Source of the DNA: Nanobdellota archaeon
GTDB lineage: Archaea > Nanobdellota > Nanobdellia > Woesearchaeales > GW2011-AR4
Assembly (NCBI GenBank): GCA_038046385.1
Contig: JBBSWH010000005.1
Coordinates: 68,669-132,668, forward strand
Length of the DNA: 64,000 nt
Direction of reading: 5' to 3'
Shown here: positions 47,943 through 55,947 of the stretch, one piece after another
How positions within the stretch are numbered: position 1 is the stretch's first letter
Layout of the letters: the number at the start of each line of letters is the position of its first letter
Notes under the pieces: generated by a model
What the model was told of the DNA's origin: nothing
Databases searched by the model: none
The model's input: only the letters and a program-made list of their open reading frames with translations
Position numbers and translations under genes: made by a program

Positions 47943-48314
47943 TTATTTTTTGATTTTCTTATCTATTAACTCCGAAACTTCTCCCTTTAAAAATTTGTTT
48001 AAAGAATCGTGTTGCTCTTTTGTTATAATTTTTACTCTTTGATTTACAAGTTTATTGATAATCTCTTTTTTTTGTTTAATAGATTGTAATGTCAATAATT
48101 CCATATCAAGCTTGTAATTGTTATACATTTGACCCATGCCGTACACGATTAATGGAAAACCTACTGCATATGCTAAATCTAAATTTAATGGTTTATCAGG
48201 AGGATTAATATTTGTATAATAAAATGCAAACACAAATAATCCTATCCCAATAAGAGTGATAAAAAAGTCATACCTAACAAGCTTCGGTAATCCTAAATCC
48301 ATTTTATAACCCAA
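47943..48314 (-). CDS. hypothetical membrane protein
   Basis: Two TM helices, AT-rich. Confidence 0.6.
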   Translation of the reverse strand: MGYKMDLGLPKLVRYDFFITLIGIGLFVFAFYYTNINPPDKPLNLDLAYAVGFPLIVYGMGQMYNNYKLDMELLTLQSIKQKKEIINKLVNQRVKIITKEQHDSLNKFLKGEVSELIDKKIKK

Positions 48315-48489
48315 TCTTTTTCAAAATTGTATAGCCTAAACTTCGCCAAAAACTAAAAACTATTGCGATTACTATCAATAGAATACCAAAATTAGTATTG
48401 TTTTTAAGAACTAAGTATATTCCTATACCTGCTGATAAAACAATAACTAAATCAATAATAGATCTTTTGAGTCCCATGTTATGTACCAT
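48304..48489 (-). CDS. hypothetical small membrane protein
   Basis: Two TM helices, overlaps the next ORF. Confidence 0.5.
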   Translation of the reverse strand: MVHNMGLKRSIIDLVIVLSAGIGIYLVLKNNTNFGILLIVIAIVFSFWRSLGYTILKKIGL

Positions 48490-48646
48490 TTTTATTAATT
48501 ATATTTAAACTTATTCCGTAACCTTTATAAACCGTCCTCGTATCCCTGTATCTTAAGAATAGCCCGAGTAAGGCGTTATGCCTAGCGTTTTAGGGTTAGC
48601 GAATGAAAATTCGTTAATTTACGCTAAATTCTCGGTTTTACACAAA

Positions 48647-49132
48647 ATGACAGAAGCACCAAAACAGGAATTGAGGTATTTCGTAAGAATTTCGAACACA
48701 GACCTAAATGGAAATAAGTCTGTTTACCATGGCCTTACGGGAATAAAAGGCATAAGCTGCATGTTCTCAAACGCAATCTGCGCTGCATCAGGCATACCTA
48801 AAACACAGAAGATAGGATACTTGACAGACGATGATGCTGCAAAGATTGATGAAGTTCTAAAAGACCCTTCAAAATTCAAGATTCCTTCATGGCTTTACAA
48901 CAGGAAGAAAGACCCTGAAGGCAACACGGACAAGCATTTGACAGGCTCCAATTTAACGTTCATACAGGACAATGACATAAAGATGATGAAGAAAATAAAA
49001 TCTTACAAGGGAGTAAGGCACATACTTGGCCAGCCTGTAAGAGGACAAAGAACAAAATCAAACTTCAGAAAGAACAAAGGAAAAGTAATGGGCGTAAAGA
49101 GAAAAACAGATGTCAAGGCAGGCAAGAAGTAA
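48647..49132 (+). CDS. rps13: 30S ribosomal protein uS13
   Basis: VRISNTDLNG, IKGI, SYKGVRH..GQPVRGQRT. Confidence 0.96.
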   Translation: MTEAPKQELRYFVRISNTDLNGNKSVYHGLTGIKGISCMFSNAICAASGIPKTQKIGYLTDDDAAKIDEVLKDPSKFKIPSWLYNRKKDPEGNTDKHLTGSNLTFIQDNDIKMMKKIKSYKGVRHILGQPVRGQRTKSNFRKNKGKVMGVKRKTDVKAGKK

Positions 49133-49657
49133 ATGGGCGACCCAAAAAGACAGAGAAAGAAATTCTCAAAGCCAAGCCATCCGTGGCAGAAAGACAGGAT
49201 TGATGCAGAAAAGATTCTATTAAAGCACTACGGATTAAGAAGAAAGTACGAGATATGGAAAGCAAACTCAATGCTTCAGAATTTCTTGAACAGGGCAAAG
49301 ACAATCATCGGAAAAAGAACAGCACAGTCACAGGTTGAAAAAAAACAATTGCTTGACAGGCTTCACGTGCTTGGATTATTGCAGAAAGATTCCAAGATAG
49401 AAGATGTTTTGAATTTGACATTGAAGAACTTCATGGAAAGGAGATTACAAACCCTTGTATTCAGAAAACAATTAGCAAACAGCGTAATGCAGGCACGCCA
49501 GTTCATAACTCACGAGCACATAATTGTAGGAAAAAGAAAAGTAACATCACCATCATATCTTGTATCGACAAGTGAAGAAACTCAGATAAAGATTGTAAAG
49601 CCAATAAATGTAGCTCCGGTAAAGGAAGCAAAGCCGAGCACAGAGGCTAAAGAATAA
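49133..49657 (+). CDS. rps4: 30S ribosomal protein uS4
   Basis: [29 protein letters not shown]. Confidence 0.96.
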   Translation: MGDPKRQRKKFSKPSHPWQKDRIDAEKILLKHYGLRRKYEIWKANSMLQNFLNRAKTIIGKRTAQSQVEKKQLLDRLHVLGLLQKDSKIEDVLNLTLKNFMERRLQTLVFRKQLANSVMQARQFITHEHIIVGKRKVTSPSYLVSTSEETQIKIVKPINVAPVKEAKPSTEAKE

Positions 49658-49659
49658 AA

Positions 49660-50058
49660 ATGGACCAAAGACCGCAGAGATGGGGAATAGCGCACATTTA
49701 CGCATCATACAACAACACAATTATCCACATAACCGACATAACAGGAACAGAAACGCTTGCAGTCGGCTCGGGTGGAATGGTTGTAAAGAGCGACAGAATG
49801 GAAGGTTCACCGACAGCAGCAATGATTGCAGCAAAAAAGGCTGCTGAGACTGCAATGGACAAAGGAATAACAGGAATTCACGTTAAGATTAAAGCGCCAG
49901 GAGGGCATAATGGACCAACATCACCGGGACCAGGAGCACAGGCGGCTATAAGATCATTATCAAGAATGGGATTAAGAATCGGAATCATAGAAGAAGTAAC
50001 ACCTTTGCCGCACGACGGATGCAGAAAGAAGGGCGGAAGAAGGGGAAGGAGAGTTTAA
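49660..50058 (+). CDS. rps11: 30S ribosomal protein uS11
   Basis: [28 protein letters not shown]. Confidence 0.97.
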   Translation: MDQRPQRWGIAHIYASYNNTIIHITDITGTETLAVGSGGMVVKSDRMEGSPTAAMIAAKKAAETAMDKGITGIHVKIKAPGGHNGPTSPGPGAQAAIRSLSRMGLRIGIIEEVTPLPHDGCRKKGGRRGRRV

Positions 50059-50061
50059 ACC

Positions 50062-50856
50062 ATGGAAATACGCGTACTTGAAAACAACAAGGATCAGGGA
50101 AAATTGTCTTTTTTGCTTAAAGACTCTAATCCAATTTATGTAAACACATTAAGAAGACTGGTAATTGATGAAGTTCCTACGATGGCAGTTGAAGAAGTTG
50201 ATTTTTCAAAGAACAGCTCAATATTGTATGATGAGATGATTGCGCACAGGCTTGGACTAACTCCATTGAAGACTGACTTAAAATCATATAATCTTCCTGA
50301 TAAATGCAAATGTGAAGGCAAGGGCTGCAACAGATGCCAATTAAAATTGGTTTTAAAATCCGCAAAAATCGGAACAGTTTACGCATCAGAATTAAAAAGC
50401 AAGGATCCTGCTGTAAAGCCGGTTTTTGCAGAAATGCCGATAGTAAAACTAATCAAAGGTCAGAGCTTGGAGCTTGAGGCAACAGCTGTGCTTGGAAGGG
50501 GAAAACAGCACGCAAAATGGAGCCCGGGGCATGTTTATTACAAATACAAGCCGATTGTTGAAATAACGGGAGATGTAAAAAACCCAGAAGCAATAATTGA
50601 AGTTGATCACAATAACATTTTTGAGATAAAAGACAGGAAACTTGTAATCAACAAAGACCGCGTTTTGGAATGCGACTTGTCATTGGATTTTTCAGAGATT
50701 GACAAGAACGTAAAAGTGTCAGCAAGCGAGACAGAATTCATTTTCACTGTTGAATCATTCGGGCAGCTAAGCTGCAAAGAAATGATGAACAAGGCAGTAG
50801 ATATACTTGACGAAATGCTTGATGAGTTTGTCGAGGAGCTAAATAAGGCAAAGTGA
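50062..50856 (+). CDS. rpoD: RNA polymerase subunit Rpo3 (RpoD)
   Basis: NTLRR..EVPTMA, DEMIAHRLGL, HAKWSP. Confidence 0.96.
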   Translation: MEIRVLENNKDQGKLSFLLKDSNPIYVNTLRRLVIDEVPTMAVEEVDFSKNSSILYDEMIAHRLGLTPLKTDLKSYNLPDKCKCEGKGCNRCQLKLVLKSAKIGTVYASELKSKDPAVKPVFAEMPIVKLIKGQSLELEATAVLGRGKQHAKWSPGHVYYKYKPIVEITGDVKNPEAIIEVDHNNIFEIKDRKLVINKDRVLECDLSLDFSEIDKNVKVSASETEFIFTVESFGQLSCKEMMNKAVDILDEMLDEFVEELNKAK

Positions 50857-50930
50857 TAGACAGGTTCAACTCCGTTTCGCGGGTAGCGCAAAAACATGGT
50901 TTTTGCTGACCCGCATTCGCTTACGCTCAT

Positions 50931-51016
50931 GCGGGGGTGGCAGAGCCTGGTCTAATGCGCTAGCTTGAGGGGCTAGTCCCTAAGTGGGTGCGCGTGTTCG
51001 AATCACGTCCCCCGCA
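50931..51016 (+). tRNA. tRNA-Leu(GAG)
   Basis: GCGGGGG/CCCCCGC-A; CTAGC-TTGAGGG-GCTAG; long variable arm; usual position between rpoD and rpl18e. Confidence 0.94.
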
Positions 51017-51046
51017 TTTAAAATCAAAATATAAAAAACAAAAAAA

Positions 51047-51412
51047 ATGGCAAGAGTAACAGGACCAACAAACAGCGTTTTGGTTGGGATCATTGAGGAG
51101 CTGAAGAAGAGAAGCAGCGATCAGAAAGTCAATCTTTGGAGAAGGATTGCTCTTGATTTGGAAAAGCCTACAAGACAAAGAAGGGTTGTTAACTTATCAA
51201 GCCTGAGCAGATTCACCAAAGAGAACGAGATAATTGTAGTTCCAGGAAAAGTTCTTGGAGCAGGAAGCCTAAACCACAAAATCACAATTTCAGCATTTTC
51301 TTTTTCAGACGGCGCAAAAGAGAAAATAGAAAAAACAGGCGCAAAGGTTGTTTCACTGCTTGATTTGAGCAAGGACAATCCATCCGGAAAAGGAATCAGG
51401 ATAATAGGATAA
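51047..51412 (+). CDS. rpl18e: 50S ribosomal protein eL18
   Basis: VNLSSL, VVPGKVLG. Confidence 0.96.
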   Translation: MARVTGPTNSVLVGIIEELKKRSSDQKVNLWRRIALDLEKPTRQRRVVNLSSLSRFTKENEIIVVPGKVLGAGSLNHKITISAFSFSDGAKEKIEKTGAKVVSLLDLSKDNPSGKGIRIIG

Positions 51413-51463
51413 AAAATATGAAAATAAATAATTTTCAATTGTCAAATTTCGGAGAAATTTAAC

Positions 51464-51880
51464 ATGATAATCGACGCAAAAGATGCAATACTTGGAAGAT
51501 TGAGCACATACGTGGCAAAGCAGGCTTTATTGGGAAATAAAATTGACTTAATAAACTGCGAAGAAGCCCTTGTAACAGGAAAAAGACTGAGCATCCTTGC
51601 CCATTACGTAGTAAGGATTGACAGAAAAGCCCCTTTGAAAGGACCATTCCTTTACAGAAGGCCAGACATGTTTGTCAGAAGAACAATAAGAGGCATGCTT
51701 CCATGGAAAAGATCAAGGGGAAGGGAAGTTTACAAAAATATAAAATGCCACGTCGGAACTCCAGAAAGCTTAAAGAGCGAGAAGGCAATTGTTGTGGAAT
51801 CTGCAAATATCGCAAAAGTTCATTCAACTGATTATATCAAAGTAAAAGAAATATGCAGGGCAATCGGCGGTAAACAATAA
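51464..51880 (+). CDS. rpl13: 50S ribosomal protein uL13
   Basis: IIDA..ILGRL, RRTIRGMLP. Confidence 0.96.
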   Translation: MIIDAKDAILGRLSTYVAKQALLGNKIDLINCEEALVTGKRLSILAHYVVRIDRKAPLKGPFLYRRPDMFVRRTIRGMLPWKRSRGREVYKNIKCHVGTPESLKSEKAIVVESANIAKVHSTDYIKVKEICRAIGGKQ

Positions 51881-52281
51881 TGAAATCAATAAACGTATCA
51901 GGAAAAAGAAAGATGTCAGTTGCAAGGGCAAATGCACGCCAAGGCACCGGAATTGTCAGAATCAACAAAGTTCCGATTGAAATTATTGAGCCAAGCATAT
52001 TAAGATTAAAGTTCATGGAGCCAATCATAATCGCCGGGGATGCTGCAAAGAAGATAGACATCGACGTTCTGGTAAGGGGCGGCGGAGTAAACAGCCAGGC
52101 AGAGGCTTCAAGAATCACTATTGCAAAAGCTCTTGTAGATTTTACAAAAAGCGACAAGCTGAGGGAAACATTCCTCGCATACGACAGGAACATGCTGGTT
52201 GCAGATGTAAGAAGGAAGGAGTCATCAAAGCCAAACAGGCACGGCCACGCAAGGGCAAAAGTCCAAAAATCGTACCGTTAA
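51880..52281 (+). CDS. rps9: 30S ribosomal protein uS9
   Basis: GKRK, GGGVNSQA, ARAKVQKSYR. Confidence 0.97.
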   Translation: MKSINVSGKRKMSVARANARQGTGIVRINKVPIEIIEPSILRLKFMEPIIIAGDAAKKIDIDVLVRGGGVNSQAEASRITIAKALVDFTKSDKLRETFLAYDRNMLVADVRRKESSKPNRHGHARAKVQKSYR

Positions 52282-52353
52282 AGTAATAACATAATTCTTT
52301 TTAGTTTTCTTTTAGCTTTGTAAAGTAAAATTCTTACAGATTTTTTGATTAAC

Positions 52354-52465
52354 TCATTCTTTTAATCACATTAAGCAATGTTTCAACTTCCAAATTATGA
52401 TTTTTCACTTCATAAAAAATCATTTACGCAGTCTCAACCTAGAATAGCCCAGTGATTAAAAATGA
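52354..52465 (+). promoter_or_regulatory. structured 5' leader of LAGLIDADG gene 2
   Basis: tttaatcac pairs with gtgattaaa immediately upstream of the ATG; inner hairpin atgattttt/aaaaatcat; 52385-52435 aligns with 21195-21245. Confidence 0.55.
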
Positions 52466-53412
52466 ACTCGCTTAGAAATCAAAAAATTTGTTTGAAAGAA
52501 TTATCAAAAAAATCGCTGATTTCAATGTATTCCGAAAGAGGGTTATCAACATCAGCAATTGCAAGAGTTTACAATTGCAATCCAGAAACTGTGCGTAGAA
52601 TTATGATTAAACATAAAATTGCTAGGAGAAGGCTACATGAAAGAAAATATAAAATTAAAAAAGAGGAGTTAGAAATATTATATCTTAAAGAAAAAAAGTC
52701 AACAATTGAAATTGCTAAAAAATATAATTGCTCCCAATGGGTTATTTGGTCTTTACTCAAGAAGTATAGGATTAATGCACGAGGTGCTAATGAATATCAT
52801 TCGTGGAAATCTCCTTCAAATCAAATTAAGCCAGTTTTAGATGAGTCTCCTACATTAGCCTATGCTGTTGGAGTGATTTTAGGAGATGGTTGGACTTACA
52901 AAAGAGGGCATTTTTATACTATAGGCTTAGAAGTGTCAGATAAAAAATTTTGTGAGAGCTTCCATGTGGCTTTAAAGAAGCTAAACCTAAACCCCTCTAT
53001 GTTTCATAGCAGAGGCTACTGGAGAACTGTATGCTCTTCAAAATTGTTTTATCTATGGCTTGAATCTTTAGATATAAATCATATAAATAAAATATCCAAA
53101 AAATATCCTGAGGATTTCCTAAGGGGATTTTATGAGAGTGAAGGTCATCTTTCTGTTTACAAAAGCAAGGAGTATTATTTCACAAGAACAAGCATAATTA
53201 TCTGCAACACTAAAAAAGAATGGATGTACTTAATCAAAAGCCTATTAGAAAGTCTGGATTTTCATCCTAAAATCTATAATATAGCTAGCCAAAAACCCAA
53301 ATGGAAACCTTTATGGAGGCTGGTTTTAGCAAGAAACTTAGAAGCTAAAAGATTTATTAGCTTGGTAAAACCTTGTATTAAAATTGGAGAAAAAAGACGT
53401 CGAAACCTTTAA
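52462..53412 (+). CDS. free-standing LAGLIDADG endonuclease with two N-terminal HTH repeats
   Basis: LSTSAIARVYNC / KSTIEIAKKYNC repeats; LAYAVGVILGDG and FLRGFYESEG; inserted between rps9 and rpoN. Confidence 0.87.
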   Translation: MNSLRNQKICLKELSKKSLISMYSERGLSTSAIARVYNCNPETVRRIMIKHKIARRRLHERKYKIKKEELEILYLKEKKSTIEIAKKYNCSQWVIWSLLKKYRINARGANEYHSWKSPSNQIKPVLDESPTLAYAVGVILGDGWTYKRGHFYTIGLEVSDKKFCESFHVALKKLNLNPSMFHSRGYWRTVCSSKLFYLWLESLDINHINKISKKYPEDFLRGFYESEGHLSVYKSKEYYFTRTSIIICNTKKEWMYLIKSLLESLDFHPKIYNIASQKPKWKPLWRLVLARNLEAKRFISLVKPCIKIGEKRRRNL

Positions 53413-53438
53413 AAAGGGTCTGAACTTTCTTTGAACCT

Positions 53439-53636
53439 ATGATTATACCTATTCGCTGTTGGTCTTGTGGCCGTCCTATCGCGCATCTTTGGGAATCATA
53501 TGTAGATAGGGTTTCAAAAGGCGAAGAGCGCAAGAAAGTGATGGACGAGCTTGGATTGCAGAGATACTGCTGCAGAGCCGTGTTCTTGGGACATGTTGAT
53601 TTAATCGATATTGCAACCCAGTTCAAGAAATTTTGA
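53439..53636 (+). CDS. rpoN: RNA polymerase subunit Rpo10 (RpoN)
   Basis: MIIPIRCWSCG...RYCCR. Confidence 0.97.
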   Translation: MIIPIRCWSCGRPIAHLWESYVDRVSKGEERKKVMDELGLQRYCCRAVFLGHVDLIDIATQFKKF

Positions 53637-53664
53637 GTTGTTTTAATTTTTCTAAAAATTTAAT

Positions 53665-53712
53665 TTCCGTGGCTTCGCCACAACAGATACGCGCCCCGCA
53701 TTGGGCGCAAAT
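53665..53712. repeat. intergenic double-hairpin repeat, copy E
   Basis: ttccGTGGCttcGCCACa...gcgccc-cgcatt-gggcgc-aaat. Confidence 0.75.
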
Positions 53713-53727
53713 TTATTATAAAATTTA

Positions 53728-54321
53728 ATGACGGAAAAGCTAATGAAATTTATCATTGAGCATCTGGAGCCTGAACTTTATGACTGGTGTTTGATTGAGT
53801 ACGAGCACATTTCTGAGATTGTAGGAAAGGAAAATCTTTTTTTTACCAATATTTCTGATAAAAAAGATGCCGATAGACTTAAAAAATTCGGGGCTGTTTA
53901 TGAAAAAAATATTTCCCAGTTAAATTTTGAAAAGATATGCGTGCTTTCGCAGTATGCTGAAAAGACTGTTTCTGCTTCTGACAAAAAAGACTTTGAATAT
54001 TTTGTTTTTGGTGGAATCCTTGGAGACAATCCTGCAAAGAAAAGGACAGACACAATAATCAAAGATTTAAAAAATTCTGGGAAAATGTTTGAAGAAAGAA
54101 ACCTTGGAAAATCACAGATGCCTACTGATGTTGCGGTTTATGCAACGAAGCAGATGCTTAACGGGAAAAAACTTTCTGATTTCAAGTTTGTGGACAAGCT
54201 GGAAATAGAGATAGATGAAGACGAAAGCGTGGAGCTTGATTTCAGGTATATTGTAGACGGCAATAAGCCGATTATTTCAGAAAAGCTTGTTGAGTATATA
54301 AGAAACAATAAGGGATTCTGA
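53728..54321 (+). CDS. Sfm1/DUF431-like SPOUT methyltransferase
   Basis: IIEHLE, W..IEY, FVFGGILGDNP, RNLG..QM.TD.AV. Confidence 0.85.
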   Translation: MTEKLMKFIIEHLEPELYDWCLIEYEHISEIVGKENLFFTNISDKKDADRLKKFGAVYEKNISQLNFEKICVLSQYAEKTVSASDKKDFEYFVFGGILGDNPAKKRTDTIIKDLKNSGKMFEERNLGKSQMPTDVAVYATKQMLNGKKLSDFKFVDKLEIEIDEDESVELDFRYIVDGNKPIISEKLVEYIRNNKGF

Positions 54322-54359
54322 GCGATAAATTTAAATACTTGTTGTACTTGTTTTACCTT

Positions 54360-54593
54360 ATGGCAAAAATACAAGTAACGATAAAAAACATAGATGAAGA
54401 CGCATTCAGTGAATTAAAAGCTGAAGCTGCAAGGAAAAAGCTTCCAGTAGGCATTGCATTATCATTAGCCATAGAAGGATGGCTGGCGCATGCAAGGAAG
54501 CCATTGCTGCCGCTGACAGAATGGAAATCCGTAAAAGGCGGATCCAAAACAAGGCTTTTGAGCAGTGAATTAGATAAAGCGCTTTATGGGTGA
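54360..54593 (+). CDS. putative ribbon-helix-helix antitoxin
   Basis: VTIKNIDE..F.ELKAEA, C-terminal S.ELDKALYG; coupled to the PIN gene. Confidence 0.8.
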   Translation: MAKIQVTIKNIDEDAFSELKAEAARKKLPVGIALSLAIEGWLAHARKPLLPLTEWKSVKGGSKTRLLSSELDKALYG

Positions 54594-54997
54594 TTTTGAT
54601 GGCTATTTTTCTTGATGCCAGCTACATTCTGGCCCTTTACAATGAGGATGATGTGCACCACAAAAGAGCAGTGGCTTTGTCAGAAGTGATAAATTCAAAT
54701 GAATATGGACAGGCCATTATTTCAGATTATATTTTTGATGAAGCTGTTTCTGTTGCGCTTAGAAAAATAGGAAAACAGGAAGCGCAGTTGCTGGGAAAAC
54801 AGATTATTGACAGCCTGTTTATAGTTCATGCAGACAAGCACCTTTTTGACACGGCTTTGAAAATTTTTAATTCTTCGAAAGATCCCTTCAGCTTCACAGA
54901 CTGCATGAGCCAGGCAATAATGGACCTTGCGCAGATTAGGTTTATAGCCACATTTGACAAGCTGTTTGAAAAATTGAATGTTGAAGTTATAAATTAA
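54590..54997 (+). CDS. vapC: VapC-type PIN toxin
   Basis: FLDAS, D.HH..A, SFTDC, IATFDK.F. Confidence 0.88.
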   Translation: MILMAIFLDASYILALYNEDDVHHKRAVALSEVINSNEYGQAIISDYIFDEAVSVALRKIGKQEAQLLGKQIIDSLFIVHADKHLFDTALKIFNSSKDPFSFTDCMSQAIMDLAQIRFIATFDKLFEKLNVEVIN

Positions 54998-55001
54998 CTT
55001 T

Positions 55002-55868
55002 TTAAGCTTCTTTTCTTGAAAGAAAGTAAACTCCGACAAACATCAAAAGCATGCCTGCAAACTGAATTATAGTTATTGTTTCTCTGAAAAATATGTAGCC
55101 AAGAATTGCAGCAAAAAACGGTGCAGATAATTCAAGAGCGCCTGCCTGAGCTGCCTTTATTCTTTTGATGCTTTCGTAGTACATTATGATGCCTATTCCG
55201 ACAACAATGCCTGCAATGACCTGATATATGTTTGCAATGAATAATTTTGAAGTGGCAATTACATAAGCGCAAAGCACCAAAGAAGCAATTGTATACCTGT
55301 AAAACACTACAACGCCCGCATCAAGCTCATGCAAATATTTTCTTGCGAGTATTGCTGTGGCAGCCCATGCAACTGTTGAGGCAATAACAAGCAAGTCTGT
55401 TGATGTCCCTATATTAAATGAAATAAGGTTCTGGAAGGTTTTTGTCGTGACCATCATTCCTGCAATTATCATTAATGCCATGCCTGCATAGTCTATTTTA
55501 TTGAGCTTGTCTATTTTGAGCACAAAATAGCCGAATAATACTATGAAAACCGGCTGCATGTGGGCAAGCACTACAACATTCACAATCGATGTTTTTGTGA
55601 GCGCGTACAAGAATATCAATTCTCCAAAAACAGTCGCAACAAGAGCAAGTATCGCAAGGACTGAAAATTGCTTTTTGTTTAATTTAAAATTGCCTGTTCC
55701 GGTCAAGAATATATAAACCAGCGCGGTCAAGGCGATGAAAATTGCCCGTATTGCAGTTGTGTGCAGGTAATCTGAATTTGTGTATGAGAATTTTATGAGG
55801 CTTGGTTCTAAAGACCACATTACTGCTGCTATAAGGATTGCAATGACTCCTATCGCTTTCTGGTTCAT
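55002..55868 (-). CDS. EamA/DMT-family transporter
   Basis: About 10 TM helices in two repeats. Confidence 0.88.
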   Translation of the reverse strand: MNQKAIGVIAILIAAVMWSLEPSLIKFSYTNSDYLHTTAIRAIFIALTALVYIFLTGTGNFKLNKKQFSVLAILALVATVFGELIFLYALTKTSIVNVVVLAHMQPVFIVLFGYFVLKIDKLNKIDYAGMALMIIAGMMVTTKTFQNLISFNIGTSTDLLVIASTVAWAATAILARKYLHELDAGVVVFYRYTIASLVLCAYVIATSKLFIANIYQVIAGIVVGIGIIMYYESIKRIKAAQAGALELSAPFFAAILGYIFFRETITIIQFAGMLLMFVGVYFLSRKEA

Positions 55869-55947
55869 TTTTTGAAATTGGATTGAAGTTGCTTAAATAT
55901 CTTTAGAATGCACAATATTTAAAAATCAAGATTGAAAACTATAAGAT

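Noticed and set aside
48578-48646. N-terminal extension of rps13
   Set aside because: Family similarity starts near MTEAPK; the upstream part looks like a hairpin-containing leader.
21313-53412. LAGLIDADG ORFs as inteins or intron-encoded proteins
   Set aside because: Both have their own start and stop, lack intein Cys/Ser...His-Asn ends, and the neighbouring genes are uninterrupted.
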